A stretch of DNA of 64,000 nt, from the NCBI GenBank assembly GCA_963720535.1, contig OY970398.1, positions 3,879,868-3,943,867 on the forward strand. Direction: 5' to 3'. Shown piece after piece: positions 49,263-58,381 of this stretch. Below the pieces are notes generated by a model. The model was not told the DNA's origin and searched no databases. It saw only the letters and a list, made by a program, of their open reading frames with translations. Numbering within the stretch: the first letter of the stretch is position 1; the number at the start of each line of letters is the position of its first letter. Source of the DNA: an uncultured Chitinophagaceae bacterium (lineage in GTDB: Bacteria > Bacteroidota > Bacteroidia > Chitinophagales > Chitinophagaceae). A program made the position numbers and the translations under genes.

Positions 49263-50144
49263 ATGGCAGGTCAATTAAAAGAAGTACGTAACCGGATCAA
49301 GAGTGTTCAAAGCACCCAGCAGATAACAAAAGCCATGAAGATGGTGAGTGCTGCCAAATTACGTCGTGCACAGGATTCTATTACCCAGATGCGCCCCTAT
49401 GCCAGAAAGTTACAAGAAATGCTGAGCAATATTGTGAGCAGTTTGGATGGCTCTATCAGCCTGAAATTGGCTGAAGAAAGAACCATCGAAAAAGTTTTAT
49501 TGATCGTTGTTACCAGCGACAGAGGATTGTGCGGAGGATACAATGCCAATCTGGTTAAATTAGCTAAATCCACTATCGCAGAAAAATATGCTGAACAAGC
49601 GAAAAAAGGAAATGTGGCTATCTGGAATATTGGTAAAAAAGGATTTGAAGCACTTACAAAAGCTGGATATAAAACAAACGATACTTATAAAGATATTTTC
49701 CTGACCCTTAAATTCGAAAACGTACAGCTTGCAGCGCAGGCAGCAATGAAAGCATTTGAAAATAAAGAATTCGATGCAATTGAAATCATTTATAGCGAAT
49801 TCAAGAATGCAGCTACACAGGCATTTGTTGCAGAACAATTCCTGCCGATTCCAAAAGTGGATAAACCTGCGGGTCAAAAAAATTCTGACTTTATTTTCGA
49901 ACCTGCTGTTGATGTTTTGATCGCAGAACTGATGCCAAAAATTCTGAACACCCAATTATTCAAAGCTGTTTTGGATGGTAACGCCAGCGAACATGGTGCG
50001 CGTATGACAGCAATGGATAAAGCCAGTGAGAATGCGAATGAATTATTGAAATCGCTCAAAATCAGCTACAACCGTGCTCGTCAGGCTGCTATTACAACTG
50101 AATTAACCGAAATTGTAAGTGGTGCAGCCGCATTACAGGGATAA
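49263..50144 (+). CDS. atpG: F0F1 ATP synthase gamma subunit (stand-alone; no other atp genes in the window)
   Basis: 293 aa. N-terminus LKEVRNRIKSVQSTQQITKAMKMVSAAKLRRAQ and C-terminus RQAAITTELTEIVSGAAAL. Confidence 0.9.
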   Translation: MAGQLKEVRNRIKSVQSTQQITKAMKMVSAAKLRRAQDSITQMRPYARKLQEMLSNIVSSLDGSISLKLAEERTIEKVLLIVVTSDRGLCGGYNANLVKLAKSTIAEKYAEQAKKGNVAIWNIGKKGFEALTKAGYKTNDTYKDIFLTLKFENVQLAAQAAMKAFENKEFDAIEIIYSEFKNAATQAFVAEQFLPIPKVDKPAGQKNSDFIFEPAVDVLIAELMPKILNTQLFKAVLDGNASEHGARMTAMDKASENANELLKSLKISYNRARQAAITTELTEIVSGAAALQG

Positions 50145-50149
50145 TTTTA

Positions 50150-50983
50150 TTGGACCATTACCAATCACCTATAAGAAAAAAGACTTTGGAAATTAGTAGC
50201 ATCATACCACACATTGAAGTCCTGATTTTTGCGAGCGACAAACCGCTTACATCGCTGGATATCGTAGAGTTGATCAACAATACTTTCGGCTTTTTGGAAG
50301 AAAGAATTATGTTAGATCAGGTGGAAACTGCTTTAGAGGGTATCAAAGAAAAATACGATTCTGAATTTTATCCATTTGAAGTAAAGGAAAGTGGCGGTGG
50401 TTGGCAGTTTCTTACTAAAAAAGATTATCACAAAACGATCGCTCAACTTAATGGCGATAAATTCCTGAAACGCCTGTCCAATGCGGCTTTGGAAACACTT
50501 GCCATCATCGCTTACAAACAACCAATTACAAAGGGCGAAATCGAAGCAATTCGTGGGGTGAATAGCGATTATAGTATCCAGAAATTGTTGGAAAAAGAAT
50601 TGATTCTAATCAGTGGTAGAAACGAAAACTCACCGGGCAAACCGCTGGTTTACGCTACCTCAAAAAACTTCATGGACTATTTTGGCATCAATAACGCATC
50701 TGATCTACCTAAGATCAGAGAAGTGTTAGCTGAACAGTTGGTTGAAGGTACGCGTCCTGAAGATTTTACCGATTTGCCTGTAGCAGAAAATATTGGGTTT
50801 GATACTTTAGAGGAAGAACCTATATCAAAAGACATTTCTGAAATAGCAGTGAATCAGGATGGCGAATTAATTATTCCTCAGGAAGATCAGGCCTCACACA
50901 ATGAGCATTCTGCACCCCACGATGAAAAAGATGCAGATGAAAACCCGTCTCATTCAACAGACGAAGAAGAAAAACCAGAATAA
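50150..50983 (+). CDS. scpB: Segregation and condensation protein B with acidic C-terminal tail
   Basis: 277 aa with a TTG start 5 bp after atpG. Winged-helix motif ALETLAIIAYKQPITKGEIEAIRGV. The tail is rich in D/E/H (HDEKDADENPSHSTDEEEKPE). Confidence 0.8.
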   Translation: MDHYQSPIRKKTLEISSIIPHIEVLIFASDKPLTSLDIVELINNTFGFLEERIMLDQVETALEGIKEKYDSEFYPFEVKESGGGWQFLTKKDYHKTIAQLNGDKFLKRLSNAALETLAIIAYKQPITKGEIEAIRGVNSDYSIQKLLEKELILISGRNENSPGKPLVYATSKNFMDYFGINNASDLPKIREVLAEQLVEGTRPEDFTDLPVAENIGFDTLEEEPISKDISEIAVNQDGELIIPQEDQASHNEHSAPHDEKDADENPSHSTDEEEKPE

Positions 50984-51027
50984 TTCCTTCATTTTTTTAG
51001 ATAGAAGCTTAAGACAATTATCTTCGC

Positions 51028-52245
51028 ATGATGCAGCAAGAATTGTCGAACGAACTATTATGCAGCATCGCCAATACCTACGGTACCCCGTTATATGTAT
51101 ACGATGCTGACAAAATCACTGGTCAGTACCGCAAGCTTCAATCAGCTTTTGCGAAGTCGAATACGCGCTTTTTCTACGCGAGTAAGGCACTCACCAACAT
51201 CAATATTTTAAAACATATCCTGAATATTGGTTGCGATATAGATTGCAGTTCTGTTAACGAAGCCCATCTGGCGATCTACGCAGGCGCTAAACCCGAAAAC
51301 ATACTATACACCAGTAATGGTATCGACTTCAGCGAAATTGAAGAAGCCGTTTCACTTGGCATTAATATTAATATTGATAGCTTATCAAACCTCGAAAAAT
51401 TTGGAAAAAAATTTGGTCATAGTTATCCCGTAGGCATCCGTCTTCGCCCAAATATCATGGCTGGTGGAAACCTGAAGATCTCTACAGGCCATGCCAATAG
51501 TAAGTTTGGTGTGCCTATCGATCAACTGGATGAAATACTTGCACTTGTTGAAAAGTATCATCTGTTTATTCGGGGTCTGCACATTCATACCGGTAGCGAA
51601 ATCAAAGACGTTTCTGTTTTCATGAAAGTGGCAGAAGTATTTTATGATCTGATTCCACACTTTCCGGAGTTAACATTTCTTGATCTTGGTGGCGGATTTA
51701 AAGTGGCTTATAGAGAAAGAGATCATGTAACAGATATTGATTTACTCGCTAAAGAAATAGAATCCTTTCTGAAAAAACTGGAAGAAAAACATCAGAAAAA
51801 ATTTCAATGCTGGTTTGAGCCGGGAAAATATTTAGTGAGCGAATCAGGCTACTTGCTGGCTAAAGTAAACGTACTCAAAACTTCGAACAATACTGTTTTT
51901 GCCGGCATCAATTCGGGGCTCAATCACCTGATCCGTCCAATGATGTATGATGCATATCATCGCATAGAAAATATCAGTAATCCCGCAGGTGAAATAAAAA
52001 CCTATACCATCACCGGTAATATTTGTGAAACTGATACTTTCGGAACCGACAGGCATTTGCATGAAGTGCGAGAGGGAGATATTTTGTCCATCCATACTGC
52101 AGGCGCTTATGGATTCGAAATGTCGAGTAATTATAATGCCCGGTACAAACCTGCCGAAGTGATGGTAATTGGGGGTGAAGCAAAGCTGATTCGCAAAAGA
52201 GACGAATTTGGAGATTTATTAAGAAACCAGATATCCGTGTTATAG
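51028..52245 (+). CDS. lysA: Diaminopimelate decarboxylase
   Basis: 405 aa. Motifs seen: GTPLYVYD, PLP-lysine context FYASKA, and LGGGF. Confidence 0.88.
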   Translation: MMQQELSNELLCSIANTYGTPLYVYDADKITGQYRKLQSAFAKSNTRFFYASKALTNINILKHILNIGCDIDCSSVNEAHLAIYAGAKPENILYTSNGIDFSEIEEAVSLGININIDSLSNLEKFGKKFGHSYPVGIRLRPNIMAGGNLKISTGHANSKFGVPIDQLDEILALVEKYHLFIRGLHIHTGSEIKDVSVFMKVAEVFYDLIPHFPELTFLDLGGGFKVAYRERDHVTDIDLLAKEIESFLKKLEEKHQKKFQCWFEPGKYLVSESGYLLAKVNVLKTSNNTVFAGINSGLNHLIRPMMYDAYHRIENISNPAGEIKTYTITGNICETDTFGTDRHLHEVREGDILSIHTAGAYGFEMSSNYNARYKPAEVMVIGGEAKLIRKRDEFGDLLRNQISVL

Positions 52246-52269
52246 AACAAAATAGTAGTTTGCACTAGC

Positions 52270-53055
52270 ATGATCGAAATCAAAAACATATCCAAACAAT
52301 TCGGCGACAGGGTGATCCTCAACGATATTAGCGCAGTCATGGAGCCGGGCATGTGCAACCTGATCATTGGAACGAGTGGTAGCGGAAAAACCGTTCTTAC
52401 CAAATGCATGGTGGGCTTATTTAAACCCGAAAAAGGAAATATACTCTATAATGGAGTGGATATGTTTACAATGGACAATGATACCCGCAAACAATTACGC
52501 CAACAGATCGGCATGTTGTTTCAGGGTACTGCTTTGTTTGATTCAATGACCGTTGAACAGAATATTTTGTTTCCTCTGGATATGTTTACCCGTTGGACCA
52601 GTGCCGAAAAGAAACGCCGTGTGGATGAGGTTTTAGACAGGGTTAATTTAAAAGATGCACACAAAAGGTACCCTGCTGAGATCAGCGGGGGCATGAAAAA
52701 ACGAGTTGGTATTGCTCGCTCAATTGTGTTGAATCCAAAATATCTTTTTTGTGATGAACCCAACTCCGGACTGGATCCACAAACAGCAATGGTAATCGAC
52801 AAATTGATTAAAGAAATTACAGACGAATTTCAGATCACAACAATCGTAATCACACACGATATGAATAGTGTAATGGAAATTGGCGACCATATTGTTTATC
52901 TCTATAACGGACAAAAGCAATGGGAGGGCACAAATAAAGACATCATCTTTAGCAAGGATAAATTATTGAACGATTTTATTTTTGCTTCTGAGTTTCTGCA
53001 AGATGCAAAAGAGATGCGCATGATGGAAGCCAACAATACCGTTCAGAAAAAATAA
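52270..53055 (+). CDS. mlaF: MlaF-like ABC transporter ATP-binding protein
   Basis: 261 aa. Walker A GTSGSGKT, signature ISGGMKKRV, Walker B LFCDEP. No permease gene lies adjacent. Confidence 0.78.
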   Translation: MIEIKNISKQFGDRVILNDISAVMEPGMCNLIIGTSGSGKTVLTKCMVGLFKPEKGNILYNGVDMFTMDNDTRKQLRQQIGMLFQGTALFDSMTVEQNILFPLDMFTRWTSAEKKRRVDEVLDRVNLKDAHKRYPAEISGGMKKRVGIARSIVLNPKYLFCDEPNSGLDPQTAMVIDKLIKEITDEFQITTIVITHDMNSVMEIGDHIVYLYNGQKQWEGTNKDIIFSKDKLLNDFIFASEFLQDAKEMRMMEANNTVQKK

Positions 53056-53081
53056 TATTGATAGTTTATACCATTTAAAAC

Positions 53082-53588
53082 ATGTTCAAAAAAATTATTT
53101 TCGTATTACTGTTTTCCAGTGGGTTGATGACGCTTCATGCGCAAATGCCAATCGATACTACACCCCCCTATAAAAAAAATAACAACATGCCAGATTTCAG
53201 GATCTTACAACCTGATAACAACTGGTTTAGTAAAGACCAATTACCCAAGAGAGATTATACGGTTATCGTTTATTTTAGTCCCGATTGCGGTCATTGCCAG
53301 CACGAAGTAAAAGAAATGATCAAAAAAATAGATCGACTCAGCAAAGTAAATCTGGTTTGGGCAAGTTATAAATCGATTGAAGAAATCAGGGAATTTTATT
53401 TCAAATACCAGATGAACAAGTACTCTAATATGTATGTGGGTCGCGAACCAACATACCGACTCCCCAGTTTCTACCGCGTAAAATTTACTCCATTTGTTGC
53501 CGTTTACGATAAAAAGGGACTTTTTATAAAAGCTTATGAAGGTGGTGTGGAAATGCCCGAATTGTTGACACTACTGAAACTCAATTAA
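53082..53588 (+). CDS. Secreted thioredoxin-fold (TlpA/redoxin-like) protein
   Basis: 168 aa with a signal peptide and a CGHC redox motif (FSPDCGHCQHE). Confidence 0.65.
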   Translation: MFKKIIFVLLFSSGLMTLHAQMPIDTTPPYKKNNNMPDFRILQPDNNWFSKDQLPKRDYTVIVYFSPDCGHCQHEVKEMIKKIDRLSKVNLVWASYKSIEEIREFYFKYQMNKYSNMYVGREPTYRLPSFYRVKFTPFVAVYDKKGLFIKAYEGGVEMPELLTLLKLN

Positions 53589-53668
53589 CGCATATTTATC
53601 AGTCAAAAGATAATGGCAAGTATTACCTTTGCCCTGTTAAAAATTAATCATTCTAAATAGCTTCTTTT

Positions 53669-54598
53669 ATGAAAGTTACTGTAGTAGGTGCTGGTGCCGT
53701 GGGTGCAACCTGTGCCGATAATATTGCCCGTGCTGCTCTGGCACAGGAATTGGTTATCCTCGATATCAAAGAGGGTTTGGCTGAAGGTAAAGCACAGGAT
53801 ATGATGCAAACTGCAGCGTTACTGGGTTTCGACACACGTATTAGTGGCAGTACAAACGATTATAGCAAGACCGCGGGTTCGGATGTGGTTGTGATTACTT
53901 CGGGTATTCCCCGTAAACCCGGTATGACCCGTGAAGACCTGATTGGAACCAATGCAGGTATTGTGAAAGGAGTTGCTGAAAATATTTTAAAATATTCGCC
54001 CGAAGCGATCATCATTGTGATCAGTAATCCAATGGACACAATGACTTATCTGGCATTAAAAGCAACAGGGCTTCCTAAGAATCGGATAATAGGTATGGGT
54101 GGCACGTTAGATAGTGCTCGTTTTAAATACCAACTAAGTCAACAACTGAATTGCAGTGCTTCTGATCTGAATGCCGTGGTAATTGGCGGACACGGAGACA
54201 CTACTATGATACCATTAATTCGTTATGCAACCTGGAACAGTGCTCCTGTTACTGATTTCCTAACTAAGGAGCAGCAAGATCAAATAGTTGCAGATACAAT
54301 GGTTGGTGGCGCTACTTTAACCAAGTTAATCGGAACCTCTGCATGGTATGCACCAGGTGCTGCGGGAGCCGCATTGGTAAAAAGCATTCTGCGCGACGAG
54401 AAAAAATTATTTACCTGCTGCGTAAACCTGAATGGTGAATACGGACAGAATGATATTTGTTTGGGTGTGCCGGTTGTTATCGGCAAAACCGGTTGGGAAA
54501 AAATTCTTGACTTTAAATTAAATGCCGATGAACAAGCAGCATTTAATAAAAGTGCCGATGCAGTAAGAAATATGAATGAGGTTTTGAAATCTTTATAA
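53669..54598 (+). CDS. mdh: Malate dehydrogenase (LDH-like type)
   Basis: 309 aa. MKVTVVGAGAVGATCA Rossmann motif, GIPRKPGMTREDL, and GGHGDTM. Confidence 0.9.
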   Translation: MKVTVVGAGAVGATCADNIARAALAQELVILDIKEGLAEGKAQDMMQTAALLGFDTRISGSTNDYSKTAGSDVVVITSGIPRKPGMTREDLIGTNAGIVKGVAENILKYSPEAIIIVISNPMDTMTYLALKATGLPKNRIIGMGGTLDSARFKYQLSQQLNCSASDLNAVVIGGHGDTTMIPLIRYATWNSAPVTDFLTKEQQDQIVADTMVGGATLTKLIGTSAWYAPGAAGAALVKSILRDEKKLFTCCVNLNGEYGQNDICLGVPVVIGKTGWEKILDFKLNADEQAAFNKSADAVRNMNEVLKSL

Positions 54599-54616
54599 TT
54601 AAAACATTCTCTTACC

Positions 54617-54650
54617 AAAGCCGATTCCAATTTTTGGGATCGGCTTTTTT
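54617..54650 (+). terminator. Rho-independent terminator after mdh
   Basis: AAAGCCGATTCC-AATTTTTG-GGATCGGCTTTTTT. Confidence 0.65.
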
Positions 54651-54766
54651 GTATTTAACATTCATTAACTCCATTTATCCTTCCTAATTACTCTTCCTCC
54701 ATTAGTGATACAACTTTTGTAACTATTTGCTGTCATCTTCGTACTAATCATACAAAAACTAAAAAG

Positions 54767-57190
54767 ATGAGAAGCATAATTTTAACGTTGATGAGCATTT
54801 TTTTAATTGCTTTCAACAGTCAGGCTCAAAACAATTCGACTATCCATGGAGCCGTGAAAGATAATACTGGAAAGGCTTTCAGCGGAGTAACCGTTTCTTT
54901 GTTGAAACAAAAAGACAGTAGTCTTGTAAAAACTTCCATTACTGATACAGATGGAGTTTTTGAAATGAATACAGTGATGAACGGCAATTTTATTTTGTTG
55001 TACAGTAGCTTGAATTTTGAAAATAAATACAGCAACGGTTTTGAAATCGTTGCTGGAAAAAATTTTACAGCACCAGAAATCAGTATGACGATTGTTGCAA
55101 ACCAACTAAAAGAAGTAGTAGTAAATTCTAAAAAGCCAATGATCGAAATCAAGGCCGACAAAACTATCTTTAATGTGGAGAGCAGTATCAACGCAACAGG
55201 TAGTAACGCTCTGGAGTTGCTGCAAAAAAGTCCTGGTGTTCAGGTAGATAATAACGAGAATATCAGCATGAAAGGCAAGAGTGGCGTAAAGATTTATATA
55301 GACGGAAAACTGCAACAAATTGGCGGGCAGGACCTAGCAGCCTTCCTCAAAGGAATCAACAGTACCGAAATTGAAGCAATTGAAATGATCAGCAACCCTA
55401 GCGCCAAATATGATGCCAGTGGTAACGCAGGCATCATTAATATCCGATTAAAAAAGAATAAAAAATTCGGAACCAATGGAAGCACTTCTTTGGGATTCAC
55501 TCAGGGTGTAACACCTAAAGGCAATGCATCAGTAAATTTAAATTATCGCGATAAAAAAATTAACCTCTTCAGTAATTTAAGTGGTAGTATGGGGCGTTAC
55601 GAAAATGGATTGTGGTTGTATCGTGAGCAAAGAGACACGATCTATGATCAACATGCTGTAAATCCGAACGACAATAAAAACATCAATCTCAAAGCAGGCG
55701 CAGACTTGTTCGTAGATGCTAAAAATACTTTTGGTGTGATGGTAACGGGCAATTTTGGGAATGGAACCTGGAACAGTGCAGGACATACAGATATTTATTA
55801 TAAACCAACCGGCAATTATATAAAAACACTGATTGCAAATAACACAGTACCGGGTAACAGAAACAATGTAAATACCAATATCAATTACAGATACGCAGAT
55901 ACCAGCGGAAAGGAGATAAACTTTGATGCAGATTACGGCTTTTTCCGCGGCAGAAGTACCAGTTATCAACCTAATAACTATATCGATAATAATGGCAACC
56001 TGCTCTATTCTGTCATCAACAGAAACTATACTCCAACAAATATCGATATCATTACTTCAAAACTGGATGTAGAACAACCAAAATGGAAGGGCAAACTTGG
56101 CTATGGTGTTAAATTTTCTTATGTAGCCACTTCAAATGCATTTAACTTTTATAACGATATCAATGGAACACCGGTAAAAATTTTATCGCGCAGTAATAGT
56201 TTCGATTATAAAGAAAATGTAAACGCCGCATATGTAAATTTTCAAAGACAATTCAATGCGAAATGGAGTTTACAAGCAGGTTTTCGAGTGGAACAAACAA
56301 ATAGCAAAGGGATACTCACCAGAGCAGATAGTATTACACAGAAAGACAATGAGGTAACAAAACACTATCTGGATCTGTTTCCCAGCGCGGCTTTAACTTA
56401 TACAGTAAACAAAAACAATACATTGAACCTAACTTATAGCAGAAGAATCGATCGCCCTTCTTATCAGGATCTGAATCCTTTTGAAAATAAATTAGATGAA
56501 CTGACTTACGAAAAAGGAAATGCTTTTTTACGCCCGCAGTACACTGATAATATTGAGTTAGCTCATACTTTTCATTCTTTGATTACTACTACAATCGGAT
56601 ACAGTTATGTCAAGGATTTTGCTACGCAGGTAACAGATACTTCTAATAATGCTACTTATGTGCAACAACAAAATCTGGCAACGCAACAAATACTAAGCGC
56701 TAGTATTGGTTCCTCACTGCCAATTGCAAAATGGTGGAGTGGTTATGCCAATATCTATTATAATTTTCAAATTACGGATGGTGCCATTGGGGCAAATCAA
56801 TTGCATGTAGAGATTCCAGGTTACGGTGCTTATATGCAAAATAGTTTCAAGTTGGGCAAAGATTATACTGCCGAACTGAGTGGATGGTATAGTGGCCCTT
56901 CTGTTTGGGCCGCTACTTGGAAAACAAAACCACAGGGAGGTTTGGATCTGGGATTCCAAAAATTATTGATGAAGAAAAAAGCTAGTTTAAAGCTGAGTTT
57001 CACCGATATATTTCATACCAACCCCTGGAAAGCAAATAGCAATTTTGGCGGACTCGTAATTCATGCAAGTGGATACTGGGAAAGTCAAACCCTAAGATTG
57101 AATTTTACATATCGCTTCGGTAATAATCAGGTAAAAGCAGCGCGACAAAGAGAAACAGGTTTGGAGAACGAATCGAAAAGAATTAAATAG
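54767..57190 (+). CDS. TonB-dependent receptor-like outer-membrane beta-barrel protein with carboxypeptidase-regulatory-like N-domain
   Basis: 807 aa. Signal peptide, then HGAVKDNTGKAFSGVTVSLL (CarbopepD_reg-like), a plug-like region (ALELLQKSPGVQVD) and a C-terminal barrel (LRLNFTYRFG). No SusD partner gene. Confidence 0.8.
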   Translation: MRSIILTLMSIFLIAFNSQAQNNSTIHGAVKDNTGKAFSGVTVSLLKQKDSSLVKTSITDTDGVFEMNTVMNGNFILLYSSLNFENKYSNGFEIVAGKNFTAPEISMTIVANQLKEVVVNSKKPMIEIKADKTIFNVESSINATGSNALELLQKSPGVQVDNNENISMKGKSGVKIYIDGKLQQIGGQDLAAFLKGINSTEIEAIEMISNPSAKYDASGNAGIINIRLKKNKKFGTNGSTSLGFTQGVTPKGNASVNLNYRDKKINLFSNLSGSMGRYENGLWLYREQRDTIYDQHAVNPNDNKNINLKAGADLFVDAKNTFGVMVTGNFGNGTWNSAGHTDIYYKPTGNYIKTLIANNTVPGNRNNVNTNINYRYADTSGKEINFDADYGFFRGRSTSYQPNNYIDNNGNLLYSVINRNYTPTNIDIITSKLDVEQPKWKGKLGYGVKFSYVATSNAFNFYNDINGTPVKILSRSNSFDYKENVNAAYVNFQRQFNAKWSLQAGFRVEQTNSKGILTRADSITQKDNEVTKHYLDLFPSAALTYTVNKNNTLNLTYSRRIDRPSYQDLNPFENKLDELTYEKGNAFLRPQYTDNIELAHTFHSLITTTIGYSYVKDFATQVTDTSNNATYVQQQNLATQQILSASIGSSLPIAKWWSGYANIYYNFQITDGAIGANQLHVEIPGYGAYMQNSFKLGKDYTAELSGWYSGPSVWAATWKTKPQGGLDLGFQKLLMKKKASLKLSFTDIFHTNPWKANSNFGGLVIHASGYWESQTLRLNFTYRFGNNQVKAARQRETGLENESKRIK

Positions 57191-57214
57191 AAAGGTTAAT
57201 TGAATAATTCCATA

Positions 57215-57246
57215 TAAAAAATGCAGGTCAAAACCCTGCATTTTTT
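57215..57246. terminator. Bidirectional terminator between the convergent receptor and GT9 genes
   Basis: AAAAAATGCAGG-TCAAAAC-CCTGCATTTTTT. It overlaps the stop codon of the minus-strand GT9 gene. Confidence 0.6.
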
Positions 57247-58237
57247 ATGCCCTAAACCATTTTTTGGTTGAGTCGGCAATCGCAGCAATGTCCTGTTTCT
57301 CCATACAATTGAAATGCCCTTTTGGACAAGCTTTCAACCCAAAATTAGAACAGGGTTGACAACTTAAATCCGGCACAATAAAATTTTGATAACGCCCCTT
57401 TTCAGTGTTTGCATAATAGGGTTCCATATTCAATAAAGGCGAAGTGCCTCCCCATATGGCGAGAACAGGTTTATTAAATGCGCAAGCGATATGCTGTAAG
57501 CCGGTATCATTCGAGATCACCAGTTTTGATTTTCGAACCAAATCGGCCGACTCTTGTAAACTATATTTACCGCAGGCATTGTAAATGCGGATCGAATCAA
57601 TTGACACTACCGCTTCTCCTTCTGCAAAATCTTCTTTTCCTCCAACCAAAATGATTGGAAATTCAATTGCAGTGCATAGCTCTCTTAATTTATGGATGGG
57701 TAGTTTTTTGGTATAATAAGATGCACCAATCACAATTGCCACATAACCCAGCATATGTGGAACGGGTAAATCGTTCAAAGAAATTTCCTGATTCGGCGGT
57801 ATGAAGAAATCCATTCCCTTTCCATCATTCAGCACACCAAGAGGCGCTAAAGTGTCAACAGATCGCTCAACAATATGCCTGCCCGACATTCTGTTGATTC
57901 GCAATTTTGTTAATAAAAATTTTTGAAATCTTTCTTTATGATAGGTTAATACTTTGCTGCGTAAAGCAAGACAGATTCTTTTGGATCTAAAATTATTATG
58001 CAGATCAATGATATAATCGTACTGCTCTTTTTTAAGTTCCTGAATAAGCGCAGAAAGGTCGTTTTTAAAATAGAAGAATTTGTCGATGTAGGGATTTCCT
58101 TCTGTAACCGCTTTAAAATTACTTTTTGATAAAAAGTGTACTTCAGCGCCTGCAACCTGTTGCTTCAAGCAGCGAATTGCAGGAGTAGTTAAAACGATAT
58201 CTCCAATAGATGAAAAACGAATGACCAGAAATTTCAT
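57245..58237 (-). CDS. Glycosyltransferase family 9 (LPS heptosyltransferase-like)
   Basis: The track ORF extends to 58300, but the family-typical N-terminus MKFLVIRFSSIGDIVLTTP starts at the ATG at 58235-58237. The upstream extension runs into a tandem repeat. Confidence 0.8.
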   Translation of the reverse strand: MKFLVIRFSSIGDIVLTTPAIRCLKQQVAGAEVHFLSKSNFKAVTEGNPYIDKFFYFKNDLSALIQELKKEQYDYIIDLHNNFRSKRICLALRSKVLTYHKERFQKFLLTKLRINRMSGRHIVERSVDTLAPLGVLNDGKGMDFFIPPNQEISLNDLPVPHMLGYVAIVIGASYYTKKLPIHKLRELCTAIEFPIILVGGKEDFAEGEAVVSIDSIRIYNACGKYSLQESADLVRKSKLVISNDTGLQHIACAFNKPVLAIWGGTSPLLNMEPYYANTEKGRYQNFIVPDLSCQPCSNFGLKACPKGHFNCMEKQDIAAIADSTKKWFRA

Positions 58238-58282
58238 GTGCAAATTTATATTGATTTTGGCCACATGTAATTCGCTAACAAA

Positions 58283-58353
58283 CATTTCAGTTGGTGACAA
58301 ATTTTTGTTATGCTCATTTCAGTTGGTGTCAAATTTTTGTTATGCTTATTTCA
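58283..58353. repeat. 32-bp tandem repeat, 2.2 copies, upstream of the GT9 gene
   Basis: CATTTCAGTTGGTGACAAATTTTTGTTATGCT at 58283-58314 is repeated at 58315-58346 with one A/T difference. A partial third copy TATTTCA follows at 58347-58353. Confidence 0.85.
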
Positions 58354-58381
58354 TGATACAAATTTAATTCAGCAATACTCA

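Noticed and set aside
58238-58300. 21-codon N-terminal extension of the GT9 ORF. Likewise the 18-codon TTG-initiated extension of the APC permease (61717-61770).
   Set aside because: Family-typical N-termini (MKFLVIRFSSIGD and MSLFRKKSL...) begin at the internal ATGs. The GT9 extension runs into the 32-bp tandem repeat.
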